Of a stretch of DNA of 60,000 nucleotides, positions 1 through 11,666 are shown one piece after another (the stretch's first letter is position 1; each line of letters begins with the position of its first letter). The notes under the pieces are model-generated. The model was not told the DNA's origin, searched no databases, and worked only from the letters and a program-made list of their open reading frames with translations. Source of the DNA: Malacoraja senta (lineage: Eukaryota); contig CM075990.1 in the NCBI GenBank assembly GCA_038087875.1, positions 6,078,001 through 6,138,000 on the forward strand. Direction: 5' to 3'. A program made the translations under genes and the position numbers.

Positions 1-356
1 ACATTTATCCCTTTGTTTAATGTTGACAGATTGCTGCTTCTTTTATCTTGTACAAGAATGCTTTTTGTTTAGGCTGAATTTTTAATACAAAGATTACAAA
101 GCAGAGAGGTTGGAAAATAACAAATATGTACTGCGTATTTGGACGTTTTGGTAAAATTGACTCAAACATGAAATGTATTGGCAAACTGGTTATAAATATC
201 GGAATCCAACTCTGCATTTAATCTGTTGAAGGACCTGCAAATTACAAACTGTTATCCTCACCTTTGTCACACAGAACATAAATAAATTGCGAATGAAACT
301 GTGGATAATGCACCATATTCTAAGTCATGGCCTAATTGTAAAGCAGCCGATCTACT

Positions 357-422
357 TCATTCATCTTCTTCCTTTCCACAGACTCGCAGCAAGATCTTCC
401 GGAAATCACCTCCCACGTCATC
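357..422 (-). CDS. ANXA3: Annexin, last coding exon (DDVGGDFRKILLRVCGKEEDE*)
   Basis: AG acceptor at 423-424 and TGA at 357-359. Matches the annexin C-terminal pattern (D-T-S-G-D-Y/F...LL..CG). Phase 0 fits the preceding exon. Confidence 0.93.
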   Translation of the reverse strand, partial: DDVGGDFRKILLRVCGKEEDE

Positions 423-2053
423 CTATTGGGAAATGAAGCCACAATATTATCACTGAGCCACTGTGCTGAACCCATTTAGGTAATTAAACTGTAAAAACAC
501 TAATCAGTATTATTGGGAACCACTTCTAAGCCGTGGTTTTCTACTTTTTTTCTTCCTTGTTTTTTGGTTCTGCTTTCCTTGGGAAATAAAATCACCTGGA
601 TAATAAAAGCAGAACCCAAAAATCTAGCAAGTAGATACATTGCTAAACCTGTTTCCTACTACACAGAGCATGGCGACAGTGGTAATTTGCTTGGGAAAAT
701 AATACATTATGACATGCTTTTAATTTGTGCGGTACTATTCTGAAATGATTAAATCAGCCAAAACAAGGAAAAGTGTCAATATACTGGGGAACAGGGACAG
801 AAAAGCTCACAATAGGTCAAGTGAGCAGTCAAGTGAGCTTTGGAATGAGAATGGGACCATAATGGAATGATATTTGAAAGTACCCCATAATGGGCGATAA
901 TCAAAGTAAGATTGAACACCAAGGAAATATGCAACATGCTGGAGTGACTCAGCAGGTCAGTCAGCATCCCTTGAGAACATGGGTAGGTGATGTTTCCGAT
1001 TCCACCCCAAAACATCACCAATCCCTGTTCTCCAAGGATGCTGTCTGATCCACTGAGTTACGTCAGCATTTTGTGTCTTTCATTATCAAACCAGCATCTG
1101 CAGTTCCTTGTTTCTATATTCTCAGATTGAACACCAGCTTTACAAAGTTGAAATAAGCCAGTTCAGGTGTCTCTTCTTCATTGCCTTTTCTATAAAGTCT
1201 GAAAATCGGCCAACATTTTTCATTATATTGTACCACTGTTGTGCAAATGAGCTGTCATGAAACCTTGTTCATCTCCAGGTCCAGGTCCAGCTCTGCCATT
1301 ATCTGAGCCGGGTATGTTTCTGGTCCAGATTAACCCAACGTAAATTTCCTTTCAGCTGGAACTGAAAACTTTGTACAACATAAAATAATTTGTGATTAAG
1401 TTTCAGCATATGTGCTTTACAGGAAATATTTTGCGAGTGAATTGTATGGATCCTACTCATGCTTGCAAATTTCCTGTAATTGGGATTTTGTATTGCTTTC
1501 TCGCCAAGACTCCACATTATAATTTTCTGAAGTTTGTAACTATTTTTACAGCACAATAGACATTGAAAACGGGGGGCTGTTTTCATCTAACTCCCCTTCT
1601 GTTCTGATGAGGGGTCTTTGACCTGAAACATTTACTTTGTTTCTCTTACCATAACTAATGCCCTCTTGCTGAGTGTCCCCAGCAGTTTGTGTTTTCATCC
1701 CTTCTACATAACAGCTTCATTAAAGATTGCCAAGTTATTATGACTTCTAGCCATTCTTTATTTATTCTCCACAACGATTTAGTCCAGTACCTGGCTAAAT
1801 GGATGCACAGTCAAAGAGGAAAGCATTTCTTGGGATGCAAATTTCCAGTATTGAAAAAGTTATTGTTAATGGAAAAGTAAATTACACTAAACATGTCTTT
1901 ACTTATTTTCCATGGTCGGGTGGTCAGTGTGTGTGGAGGGTGGGTGGAGGGGAGCGGAGGACGGGGGGGTGTTAGTATGCCATGTTTCCTCACCCATTGC
2001 TTTAGAAGGTCCGGCATTCTAACAAGAGCATTTTGCGGATTTACGAAGGACTA

Positions 2054-2328
2054 ATTAATAATAAGGGGTAAGCGATTTAGAATGGAGATGAGGAAACACT
2101 TTTTCACACAGAGAGTTGTGAGTCTGTGAAATTCTCTGCTTCAGAGGGCGGTGGAGGCCGGTTCTTTGGATACTTTCAAGAGAGAGCTAGATAGGGCTCT
2201 TGAAGATAGCGGAGTCAGGGGATATGGGGAGACGGGGGTACTGATTGTGGATGATCAGCCATGATTACATTGAATGGCGGTGCTGACATGAAGGGCCAAA
2301 TGGCCTACTCCTGCACCTATTGTCTATA
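2054..2328 (+). mobile_element. CR1 LINE 3' fragment
   Basis: Near-identical to the 3' end of the large CR1 (gagatgaggaaa...gtggaggcc...ggcctactcctgcacctatt). Confidence 0.9.
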
Positions 2329-2427
2329 TCATTTTATAGATTTCCATAACACCAGTACATAGAATTACTGTAGATCAATCTCTCGTTTCGGGGCTTCTCA
2401 TTGTACAATAGTTGCACTATTAACTAG

Positions 2428-2553
2428 GGGTGGAAGATTGCAACCTTCACGTGGTCCACCCTGTTTCGACTAAATTGACGTGCACAAACGGAAGATCAAA
2501 TAGAACAAGTTGTCCAACAACTTTAGGCTGTGCACGCCACACGAAAGATGAAG
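2428..2553 (+). mobile_element. Short 5'-truncated retroposon (RTE-like GAA tail) with a 12-bp TSD
   Basis: ACTATTAACTAG is duplicated at 2416-2427 and 2554-2565; the insert ends in cgaaagatgaag. Confidence 0.7.
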
Positions 2554-2980
2554 ACTATTAACTAGAAATGTAGATAGAGTGTACAGTAGTGTGGATAGCC
2601 ACAAACATTAGAGCGTGGATAGAGAGTCTTCAGATGCTTAATGCATTGCCCTCCACTGAAGCATCTAGGAGAAGGAAGAGAGAACATTACTCAATTTTAT
2701 AAGATATCCTTAGTCACTTGGTCACAGAATAGCTGCAGTAGAGATTGTAGAGCAGTAGAGATTGTAAAAACAAGGAACTGCAGATGCTGGTTTATACCAA
2801 AGATAGAATCAAAGTGCTGGAGTAACTCAGCAGGTCAGGCAGCATCTCTGGAGAAAAAGGACGGGTGATGTTTCGAGTCGGGATTGAGTGTGGTTTTAAG
2901 TATACACCAGTTCCTCGTATGTTGCAAAACATACTTGGCTAATAAAGTATTATTGTATTATTGTATTGTTCGGAACATAC

Positions 2981-3103
2981 CTCAATGTACGAAAATAACG
3001 ATTTTCCACAAAGTTTTAAAAATTCAATTTTGATATCCATCATGTCTACTTCACTCCGAGAGATTATGATTCGAATGAGACCTCCGTCATCTGTGCCAGC
3101 ACC
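2981..3103 (-). CDS. ANXA3: Annexin exon, repeat 4 ([41 protein letters not shown])
   Basis: 123-nt exon with AG/GTATGT boundaries; GxGTD and SRSE.D annexin motifs. Confidence 0.96.
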
Positions 3104-3548
3104 CTGGTGGAAACAGAATAGTTACTACTGGCTAATATCAGTAGGTTAACTAGACTGAGCAAAACACATACATATACACACAACCTGTCACAACCATTTG
3201 TTCATTGCAATGAATGTTATTGCTGTTGAACAGCTCACCCATACGATATATAGAGCTTGTCTTTTCATCATGCAGAACAGGTAGGTTAGCACTGGGAAAG
3301 AGATGGAAAGGTTTAAATACTCTCATATACTATCCCCATATCTTGGTTCAACAGAGGCAGGACAAGGGCAGAGAGCCAAGCTTTTCCATGGAGATGGTTA
3401 ACATTTCAATATATTTTTGAGTCCAACAATCTCAGAATTAACCTTAAAATTAAAATGAATAGCGCTGGAAATATTCAACAACTCAGACAGTATTTGTGGA
3501 ACAAGAAAGAGTTAATAGTTCTATTTGATTACTTTTTATCAGAGTGAA

Positions 3549-3890
3549 ATAGTGGTGCAGCAGTAAGTACTGGTGCCTCACCACTCCAAGGATTCATGTT
3601 TGATCCTGACGGGGTGCCGTCTACGTTGCATTTTCATGTTATCCCTATGATCACGGGGGTTTCCCTAGGTCCCCCAGTTTCCGACAACATCTCAAAGACA
3701 TGCAGGTAGGTCAATTGGCTACTGTAAATTCCCCAAATGGTGGGTGGGTGGTAGAAGAACTAATGAGCTGTTAAAGGGCATGTGGGAAAGAATAGCATTA
3801 ACTGAAAATAGATGGGGCCCAATGGAACTGATGGGATGCTCTGAGAGCTGGCATGCACTTGATGGGCTAAATGATCTTCTTCAATATTGT
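3549..3890 (+). mobile_element. tRNA-derived V-SINE (HE1-like)
   Basis: A/B-box-like head (gtggtgcagcagt...gtttgatcc), V-domain (ggtttcc...cagtttcc...aaagacatgcagg...taattggctactgtaaatt), CR1-like tail. Confidence 0.75.
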
Positions 3891-4984
3891 TTGAAAATTA
3901 AACTATGCAATTGTTTCCTCGATTATTCTGGAGTATTCAGCATTTTTTTTAAACTTTGGATTCTCGGCAGCAGCAGCCTCAGATTTAACCAGTTTTAACG
4001 ACTATTGCTGGCTAGACTAAAGGTAACCAACGTTTCCCGTGGATCAAGAGAAGCAATGTATTCCCCAGCCTTACCATCTAAATAATGCAAAGTCTCTTCC
4101 CCATTGACTACAGATCAGAGCTACCCAGCGCGGTGGCCTGCTCTAGATTATGCCCCCAAAGACCACAACCCATATCTAATAATTAGGCGAACCCGATTAG
4201 CAGAAACATCATTAGCATTGCAGATCATGGAGATAAACATGTAATTCTATGTAACCTACCTATTAACATATTGACCCCACATCAGTACCAATGCCTCTCC
4301 AGTTGGTAATGCTGTAGTTAAGGTATATCTTGGCTACTCACCCCGATAACCTACCCTAGCCTCAATCCACAAGCACCACTCATTCAATTCCCAGAACAAT
4401 CAGGAATCAGATATGGCATTAAATAACTTGAGAATATCAAACATATTTCACATAGTCAACATAGACTTTTAGAAACTCAAATTATATTGTTGCAAGTATA
4501 TCCAATGGAACGAAAAGTCTGACTAACCCACCATCCACTTCCCAATGAGTCTTTACAAATACTGTTTGATGTGATAAAGTTTGAAAGGTAATGGGATCAC
4601 CACATTGTATACAGTTCATGCCTCCCAAAATGTACACAACTGGAAACAGACCAGGAAGCAGAAAAGCTTACTTAAAACCAATTTGTATATATGAATATTT
4701 ACATAATTGAGATTTGATTATTGAAAAGGCACTTGCTAAAATTGGAGTACGAAGTCACAAAGAAAAATATTTTTTTCCTTCTTGGAAAAGCTGTCCCACA
4801 TGGTCTAGGATAACTTGCGTCCAACTCTGTTTTTGTGGGGTTGGAGGTGGTTGATGAGGTCGGTGTAGGAACCACAGACTCTACCACAGGTAAGGCAGCC
4901 GTAGCTAGATCTTTCGAGTAGGGTTGGTAGGTAACCTGGGAGTAGGTAACCTGGAAGAGCCCAGTAGGTAACCTGGGCTCTTGT

Positions 4985-5400
4985 TGAGAAGGTTATTGGC
5001 TGCAACCTTCCCTCCATTGACGAACTGTACACTGCAAGAGCCAGGAAGCGAGCAGGTAAGATCATCTCTGACCCCTCTCACCCTGGCCACAAACTCTTTG
5101 AATCACTCCCCTCTGGAAGGCGACTCCGGACTGTCAAAGCTGCCACAGCTAGACATAAAAACAGCTTTTTTTCCATGAGTAGTAGCTCTGCTCAATGGCC
5201 AAAAATCTGTAGCCTCCATTTGTTCTGGTATTTTGTTTGGTTCACATGTTTGATCAATGGCGTTTTATTATTAATGTTTAGTGTTTTATGTGTCATTCCT
5301 AACTGTCACTGTCATGTTGTCAGTTGTGGGTGGAGCACCAAGGCAAATTCCTTGTATGTGAATACTTGGCCAATAAACGTATTCATTCATTCATTCATTG
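4985..5400 (+). mobile_element. Rex1/Babar-type LINE 3' end with (ATTC)n tail
   Basis: KIISDPSHPGHKLFESLPSGRRLR-type C-terminus, aataaa, then ttcattcattcattcatt. Confidence 0.8.
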
Positions 5401-5409
5401 TTATTATTA

Positions 5410-6440
5410 ATACTGGGCATGTTTTCAAGAGAGACTAGTGGATTACAAAAGCATCGCAAATACTCCTCCTTCATTATGGATTAGTGGGGATGATACACCT
5501 TGCATAAGAGTGCCTGCTAAGAGTGTCTGGTGTTGGGTCTATGAACAACATGGCTGATGGAGTGTAATGTTCAGGGCTGGGGGTGTTGGTTTAAGAAAGA
5601 TTGTTGACATTAGTCTGCAATCCTGCCAGTGGATTTGGAAGATCTTGTGGAGATCACGTTAGTGATATTTATCTGAGATTCCTGCTGCAGGTAGTCCATG
5701 TCTCAGAAAACTACCGGAGATGCATACAATTTTTGGCCAGTAGACCATAGTTTCACGTTGGTTTTCAAACACTTTTCTGCATATGGCAAAAGGTTATGCT
5801 TTAAGCGATAGTGTGTTTCATCATCAATGCCTTCCATTGTTGCAAGATAAGGGACATGGCATATCTTTGCCAATGTCATGTTGTAGTCCTTGTGGTTTAT
5901 AGGGCAATGTTGTGTAGATGTTACTGGAAGGCCTTTTATTTCTTAAGCTTCAGGGTAATAGTTGTTAATAACTTGGGACTTGGCCTTGTGATTGAATGCA
6001 AGCTTTGTCTCTATACTCCAACTCAGTGACTGAAATTGGAGCAACCTTGGTTCTGGGGTGGAGGTGATTAACTTGAACAATTACCCATTTGCTGTCAATG
6101 TAGATTAGCTTGTCTGCTGTGGGGACACGTGAGAAAGACTGATCAGGTATTGGGCTAATGATGCAGTCTTAATTAACACAAGTCAGCACTGAGGAGTATG
6201 AAGCGGACCTATTATTCAAGATTAGAGCTTGAATTTATATCTGCTTCCATTTATGGAGCAGATATATGATGAAGAATTTCAGAGGACATCCAAATCTGTC
6301 AAGGATGCTCTATAGTCTTTGTTAATTGACTGGTCACATGCTTTTGAGGTCAAAAAGGACATGTACGGTGTTTAAATCTGCTCCCTGGATTTGTCTTAGA
6401 ATTATCATGCACTTCAGATGGTGCCCACTGTGACTTTAGT
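5410..6440 (-). mobile_element. Degraded RTE-clade LINE (3' part probably continues at about 4790-4900)
   Basis: Minus-strand remnants FDLK and RFGCP.KF at about 6270-6370 resemble RTE reverse transcriptase. Confidence 0.5.
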
Positions 6441-6986
6441 TGGAAGGATTCTACAGCATTTAAACAACATTTTAACAAGAGCACATCACAGATTTATAAA
6501 GCAAATACTGCAATAGAATATTTTGTTCACGACAATCTCTAGAACAATAAAGTTCCCGTTTATGCTTGGAAAATGGGACTAGCTATATGGGGCTTCGTGG
6601 TCAGCATTGACGTGTTGAGCCGAAGGTCCTTTTTCCATGTTGTATGACTTTAACACTCAATAAAGCTGTTCATGACAAAAATAAAAAAATCATTTGTCTA
6701 ATTCGACATTCCACCCTCTGCAAGTCCTCAGTAATCCAAAACTCTGCTTCCAGTATCCTAATTTCCACCAAATATTATTCACCCATCACAATAGACAATA
6801 GATGCAGGAGTAGGCCATTCAGCCCTTCGAGCCAGTACCGCCATTCAATGTGATCATTACCCCAGAGTCATTAAGGTTAAATAGTCCTTGATTTCAGAGT
6901 TTCATTTCAAATCTTCTTTGACAACTTATCCAAGCTGTTAGAGCAATATGACCACAATTAAAATGACTCCAGAACGTCATCTGTAA

Positions 6987-7478
6987 AGGGCCTGTCCCAC
7001 TTGGGTGACCTAATCCGTGAGTTCTGATGAGTTGTCCCTCGACTCATACTCGCAGCATGGTCGACACGAGGTCCTAGGAGGTCTTCGTAACTCTCCTTCA
7101 TGCTCGAGAGTGGTCTCCGCGTACTCGAGGCCTCAGCTAGGTCGCGCCGTTTTTTTCAATATGTTAAAAAATGCCCGCGAGTAAAAAAAGGTCGCCATTG
7201 AAAATATTGATACTTTTTTTACTCGTAGGTTTAGTCGTAGTAGGTCGTCATGTTAGTCGTAGGTAATCAAGGGTAGTCGAAGGTAGTCGTAGATAGTCTT
7301 CATCATAGTCGAAGGGAGGTCGTCTTCACTCTCCACTATTCGGTGTCCAATTTTCCCGAAGTTAGTCGTAGCTAGTCTTCAACAGAGTCGAGGGGGTCGA
7401 AGGAGGTCTTCTACATGTCATTTTTTTCCAAACTCTTCTAAACGCGCCAATTAGGTTGCACAAGTGGGACAGCCCCCT
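6987..7478. mobile_element. MITE, probably PIF/Harbinger
   Basis: TIRs AGGGCCTGTCCCACTTG...CAAGTGGGACAGCCCC with TAA/TTA flanks; no ORF; CpG-rich. Confidence 0.75.
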
Positions 7479-9125
7479 TACCTTTAACTATCAAGGCATT
7501 CCCATTCTAAAATGTCCATAGCTTTCCCCTTTTCGTCTTGTTGGTCCATAGCTACTTTCTATATTTTCTTGATGCATCAACTACTTTAACAGCACCTTAG
7601 TTTAATTTGCTTTGCTCCTGTTAGTTGCCTTCATATATTTGGCTTTCATTACCAATTGTATAAATATAAAATTTGTTACGATTTATTTCCAAAATTGTGA
7701 AAAGAAAAGCAACTCTGAAATGTATTTCTCGTTCCTTTTTTTAATGAACGATGTCCACTTGGTTTATAAATATAAATTAACAGACAAGCAAGTTACATAA
7801 ACACAGCATGGTCTTTCGCACCATTTACCTGACATCTATTTCTATCACCTATTTGTGCAAAAGATCACCTTTGTTCTCAGGGCAGCTGCATTCACTGACA
7901 ATTTAATTATAATGTTTACATTACTGTTCTAATTTCCTGTGTTTTGCTAAATCCTGACTCCTGTGCAATTATTATATCATCTACTAACATAAACTATCAG
8001 TGTCATCATGAAATTTTTTTCACATGCACAGCAATGTGTAATACATAAATTGTCTTTACACCATCAACTGCATGCACATTATTTGAATTGGTGTGTGTAT
8101 ACGTTTTGCATGTTATTCAATGTGACTATAACCAGAGTCAAATGATCGTTGTTTAAATTTATTTGCTCACGTTCACTGGCAATGCCAACTTTTACTGGTC
8201 ATCTACAATTGCCCCTGAACTATGTCGACACTTATGATTTTAACATCTTTGGGTCCTCAGTCAGTGGCAGTAGATTTTCTTCCTTGAAGAACATTAATGA
8301 ATCAGTTTGTTTTTTGGACAATAATTCAATAGTTTCATGGTAATCTTTACTGACGAATTTTTGTATTTATATTTATTTGATTACAGATGTTCCTTAATTT
8401 ACAAACATTCAATTTTCAATTTTTTTCCCTATGATTTCATTGAAAAAAAATGAAGTGGCCAATTCGGAAATTCTATCATGTATTGTGTTCTTTTTATTCG
8501 TATGGCTATATGGTAATTCAAATCTCACTGTACCAATTGGTGCATGTGATAATAAATGTCTCTTGAACGCTTGAACTCTCTTGATTCCAAGGAAACATAT
8601 AATTGATTTATGAAGTTTTGTTTGCCTTAACAAATAGCACACTACTCTCCACATGCGAGAAATCCAATAGCACATTTTGCCCAGTTCTATCACTCATGAA
8701 ATTTCACAAAATGAAATGTTTTCTGAGATAACATCCTTTTCGTCAATCAAAGAATGGCTGTAAGTACCACAGCTGTTGCAGAAGATTCAAGGTCCAGGCC
8801 TCCAGATGCCAGTGAAGTATTTTATCCATTGCTGCTACATGCCATAAGAATGGAATCAATCTGAAGATCTGAGATATAGTCTCAACAGTGATAAGTTTAT
8901 AACAACAAGTTAATTGCCCTCAATACTGATATTGAAACAGAATGAACAATTGAGACTGGGACAAGATTGTCTGCCTAAGGATTTTACTGCCAACATTAAT
9001 TACAGTCAGCAAATCCATTTATGGTTCATTTGTTCCACATGAACGCAAGTGAAAAAATAAAATTACAATGCACAAGCCTATACAAATGCTGATTGATCTC
9101 AGTAGTCTACCAGCCTTTGTGAACA

Positions 9126-9312
9126 AAGGTAGACAAAAATGCTGGGGAAACTCAGCAGGGAGGCAGCATCTATGGAGCGAAGGAATATGTGACGTTTCGG
9201 GTCGAGACCCTTCACAGTCTGAAGAAGGGTCTTGACCCGAAACGTCACCTATTCCTTCGCTCCATAGATGCTGCCTCACCCACTGAGTTTTCCAGCATCT
9301 GCAGTTCTTTCT
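9126..9312. repeat. Penelope-derived fold-back (palindromic) repeat with an intact hammerhead-like core at 9219-9246
   Basis: Arms atgctgg..aaactcag..ggcagcatctatggagcgaaggaata and tattccttcgctccatagatgctgcc..ctgagttttccagcat are reverse complements. Similar fold-backs at about 922-1120, 13770-13965, 23560-23790, 32452-32695, 49350-49450, 49680-49852 and 55160-55312. Confidence 0.85.
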
Positions 9313-9523
9313 TAAGCCTTTGTGTACATGTTATTCCACCATTTATTACTGCAAAGAATGCTATTATTTAACTTATGGGCCATTATTTTCCAAGGCCAAA
9401 ATGATTCAGCTTCCAATTACCGGGAAGACAGCCTATTCAGAGGAACTCCAAAATGGAGAAAATTATTTTATGGTAGTCTAATAAATAAAATTAATTTAAA
9501 AAAAATCCTCCTTTGATGCTTAC

Positions 9524-9582
9524 CGACATAGCTTGGTAAAGCTTATCTGCAAAATAGCCAGCTGGATTCTTCGCATATTGAA
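9524..9582 (-). CDS. ANXA3: Annexin exon (VQYAKNPAGYFADKLYQAMS)
   Basis: 59-nt exon, TTTGTAG/GTAAGC boundaries, YFA.KL...M motif. Confidence 0.95.
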
Positions 9583-10506
9583 CTACAAAGAACAAAGGCA
9601 AAAATGCACAATCACTACCATGAAAAATGTACAGGCAAAACAAAGGCTTAATATGCCTTTTGTACTAAGCTTGTAATATTTATGATATTTCTTTATGCAA
9701 CTCTTCTATGTTTTATATTAGGATTGGGAATTATTAATGAGAAAGATCAGTAATTAAAAAAAACACATTTACAGCCCAAGTTTGCATTGTTTTAAATGTT
9801 TGGAATTGGACAAGAGGCCAGAATTGAAGAAGCACAGATACTTGGTCGTGATGCAAGAGATTGCAGACGCTGGAATCTGGAGCAATAAACAAACCAGTGG
9901 AGGAACTCGGGGGGGGGGGGGGGGGGGGGGGCAGGCAACTTCATTAGTAGGCTTATTGAGCTGTCAGAAATCATAGAAAGGAGTTTTAAAGTGGAAGTGA
10001 ATTGGCAGATTTAAGGAATGAAATGATGTTGAACAGGAGTTGGTAAGCGTTAAAAGACAATTAGTTGTATTTTAAATATCGTTCTTTGAATCGAGGATGG
10101 AAAACAGGTCAGCCAGTATTACATCAGAAGAGCAGAGTCTAGAGATAATAACAGCATATGTGAAGGTTTCAGCAGTAGATGAGCTAAAGCAGGAGCGCGT
10201 TTTCCATTTGCTCATTAGATTTAAACTTTGGTGGTGTGAGTGAGGCCCAATCAGTGGTCAGAACTTCATCTAGGATCAGACTTGATGCTTAAGAAGCACC
10301 TGATTCAGACAATTGCTGGTGAGACAGATGGAGTTGATGGCTTGGATGCTTACATTTTCTTCAACTGAATCAATGTTTAGTAGAAGAAAATCTCTGTTCA
10401 TCCCTACTGAATATTAGATGTATCAGATTCTACAAAGATACAGTCTTATAGATCTGGACTTGGACAATTACCAATGTGGTATGAAATAAATACATAAAAT
10501 CCTTAC

Positions 10507-10602
10507 CTAGCGCCAACATTCCCATCTGAAATGAGCCAGACATCTCATCCTTAATGCTGTCTTCAACATCTTTGTTAGTTATTTGAAAATATTCTTCAAA
10601 AA
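10507..10602 (-). CDS. ANXA3: Annexin exon (VFEEYFQITNKDVEDSIKDEMSGSFQMGMLAL)
   Basis: 96-nt exon, CTCTAG/GTAAGG boundaries; lies within ORF 10430..10630. Confidence 0.95.
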
Positions 10603-10790
10603 CTAGAGGCAAAGAAAAATTTGAGTCCATTTAGAAATTGAAGTAAGCCTTTTCTCTTGTATCATGGAATAATTTTAAGTTATTGCAGCAGCAATGGTCA
10701 AGCACAAATGGACCTTCAAGTTAAGCAACAATACATTGATATAAAGATTGAGTTAACTTTTGAAATCTGCACTCACAGCACGCAGTCTGT

Positions 10791-11347
10791 GTGGGAACTA
10801 TAGGCCGGTGAGCTTAACATCTGTAGTAGGTAAGTTACTGGAGAGTATTCTGAGGGATAGGATATACATGCATTTGGATGGGCAAGGGCTGATTAGGGAC
10901 AGTCAGCATGGTTTTGTACGTGGGAGGTCGTGTCTCACAAATCTGATGGATTTTTTGAATATCTGAGCAAAAAGGTTGATGAAGGCAGAGCTGTAGATGT
11001 TGTGTACATGGACTTTAGTAAGCCATTCAACAAGGTGCCTCATGGTAGGCTGCTCTTATAGGTTAGATTTCATGGGATCCAAAGAGAGATAGCTGAATGG
11101 ATAGCAAATTGGCTCCATGGAAGGAAGCAGAAGATGATGGTGGATGGTTGCTTCTCAGACTGGAGGCCTGTGACTAGTGGTGTTCCACAGGGTTCGGTGC
11201 TGGGCCCATTACTGTTTGTCATCTACATCAATGATTTGGATGAGAACCTACAGGGCATGGTTAGCAAGTTTTCTGATGATACAAAACGTAGTGGTTTTGC
11301 AGATAGTGAAGATGGTAGTGAATGATTATATCACTCTATGACTCTAA
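10791..11347 (+). mobile_element. CR1 RT fragment joined to a 3' tail
   Basis: [32 protein letters not shown] and FSDDTK motifs; ends in ctctatgactcta. Confidence 0.9.
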
Positions 11348-11572
11348 ATGTACTTTCAACAATGTAATTCTCAGGCGCTAGAGGTCAGCCCATGTATACA
11401 TGACACAATCTCATTTTCAAAAAGTTTCTTTGGATATATCACATCTTGTGATGAGTATGTGCTCTTTGTCAGGTGTCATAAGGGAAATTTACATAATGAA
11501 AAGCATTAGCATAGATAACACTGTCAGAGTGACTTATTAATAGGTTTCAAACTGCGACCGACCGCACGCTAC

Positions 11573-11666
11573 CTTTTCGTAGATGAGCAAAGCTCCGCCT
11601 GCAGAAGACCTTAATGAATTTTGTCTCATCGGTCCCCCACTTGTCTTCTCCTGCGGCAAACAACTC
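11573..11666 (-). CDS. ANXA3: Annexin exon, repeat 3 (ELFAAGEDKWGTDETKFIKVFCRRSFAHLRK)
   Basis: 94-nt exon, AG/GTAGCG boundaries, diagnostic AGE..WGTDE..F motif. Confidence 0.96.

Noticed and set aside
4020..4460. Non-repetitive-looking block possibly derived from a retroelement
   Set aside because: No motif could be recognised with enough confidence to classify it.
7220..7420. Regularly spaced short repeats resembling a CRISPR-like array
   Set aside because: Eukaryotic DNA; repeats are short, irregular, lack unique spacers, and are internal to a MITE.
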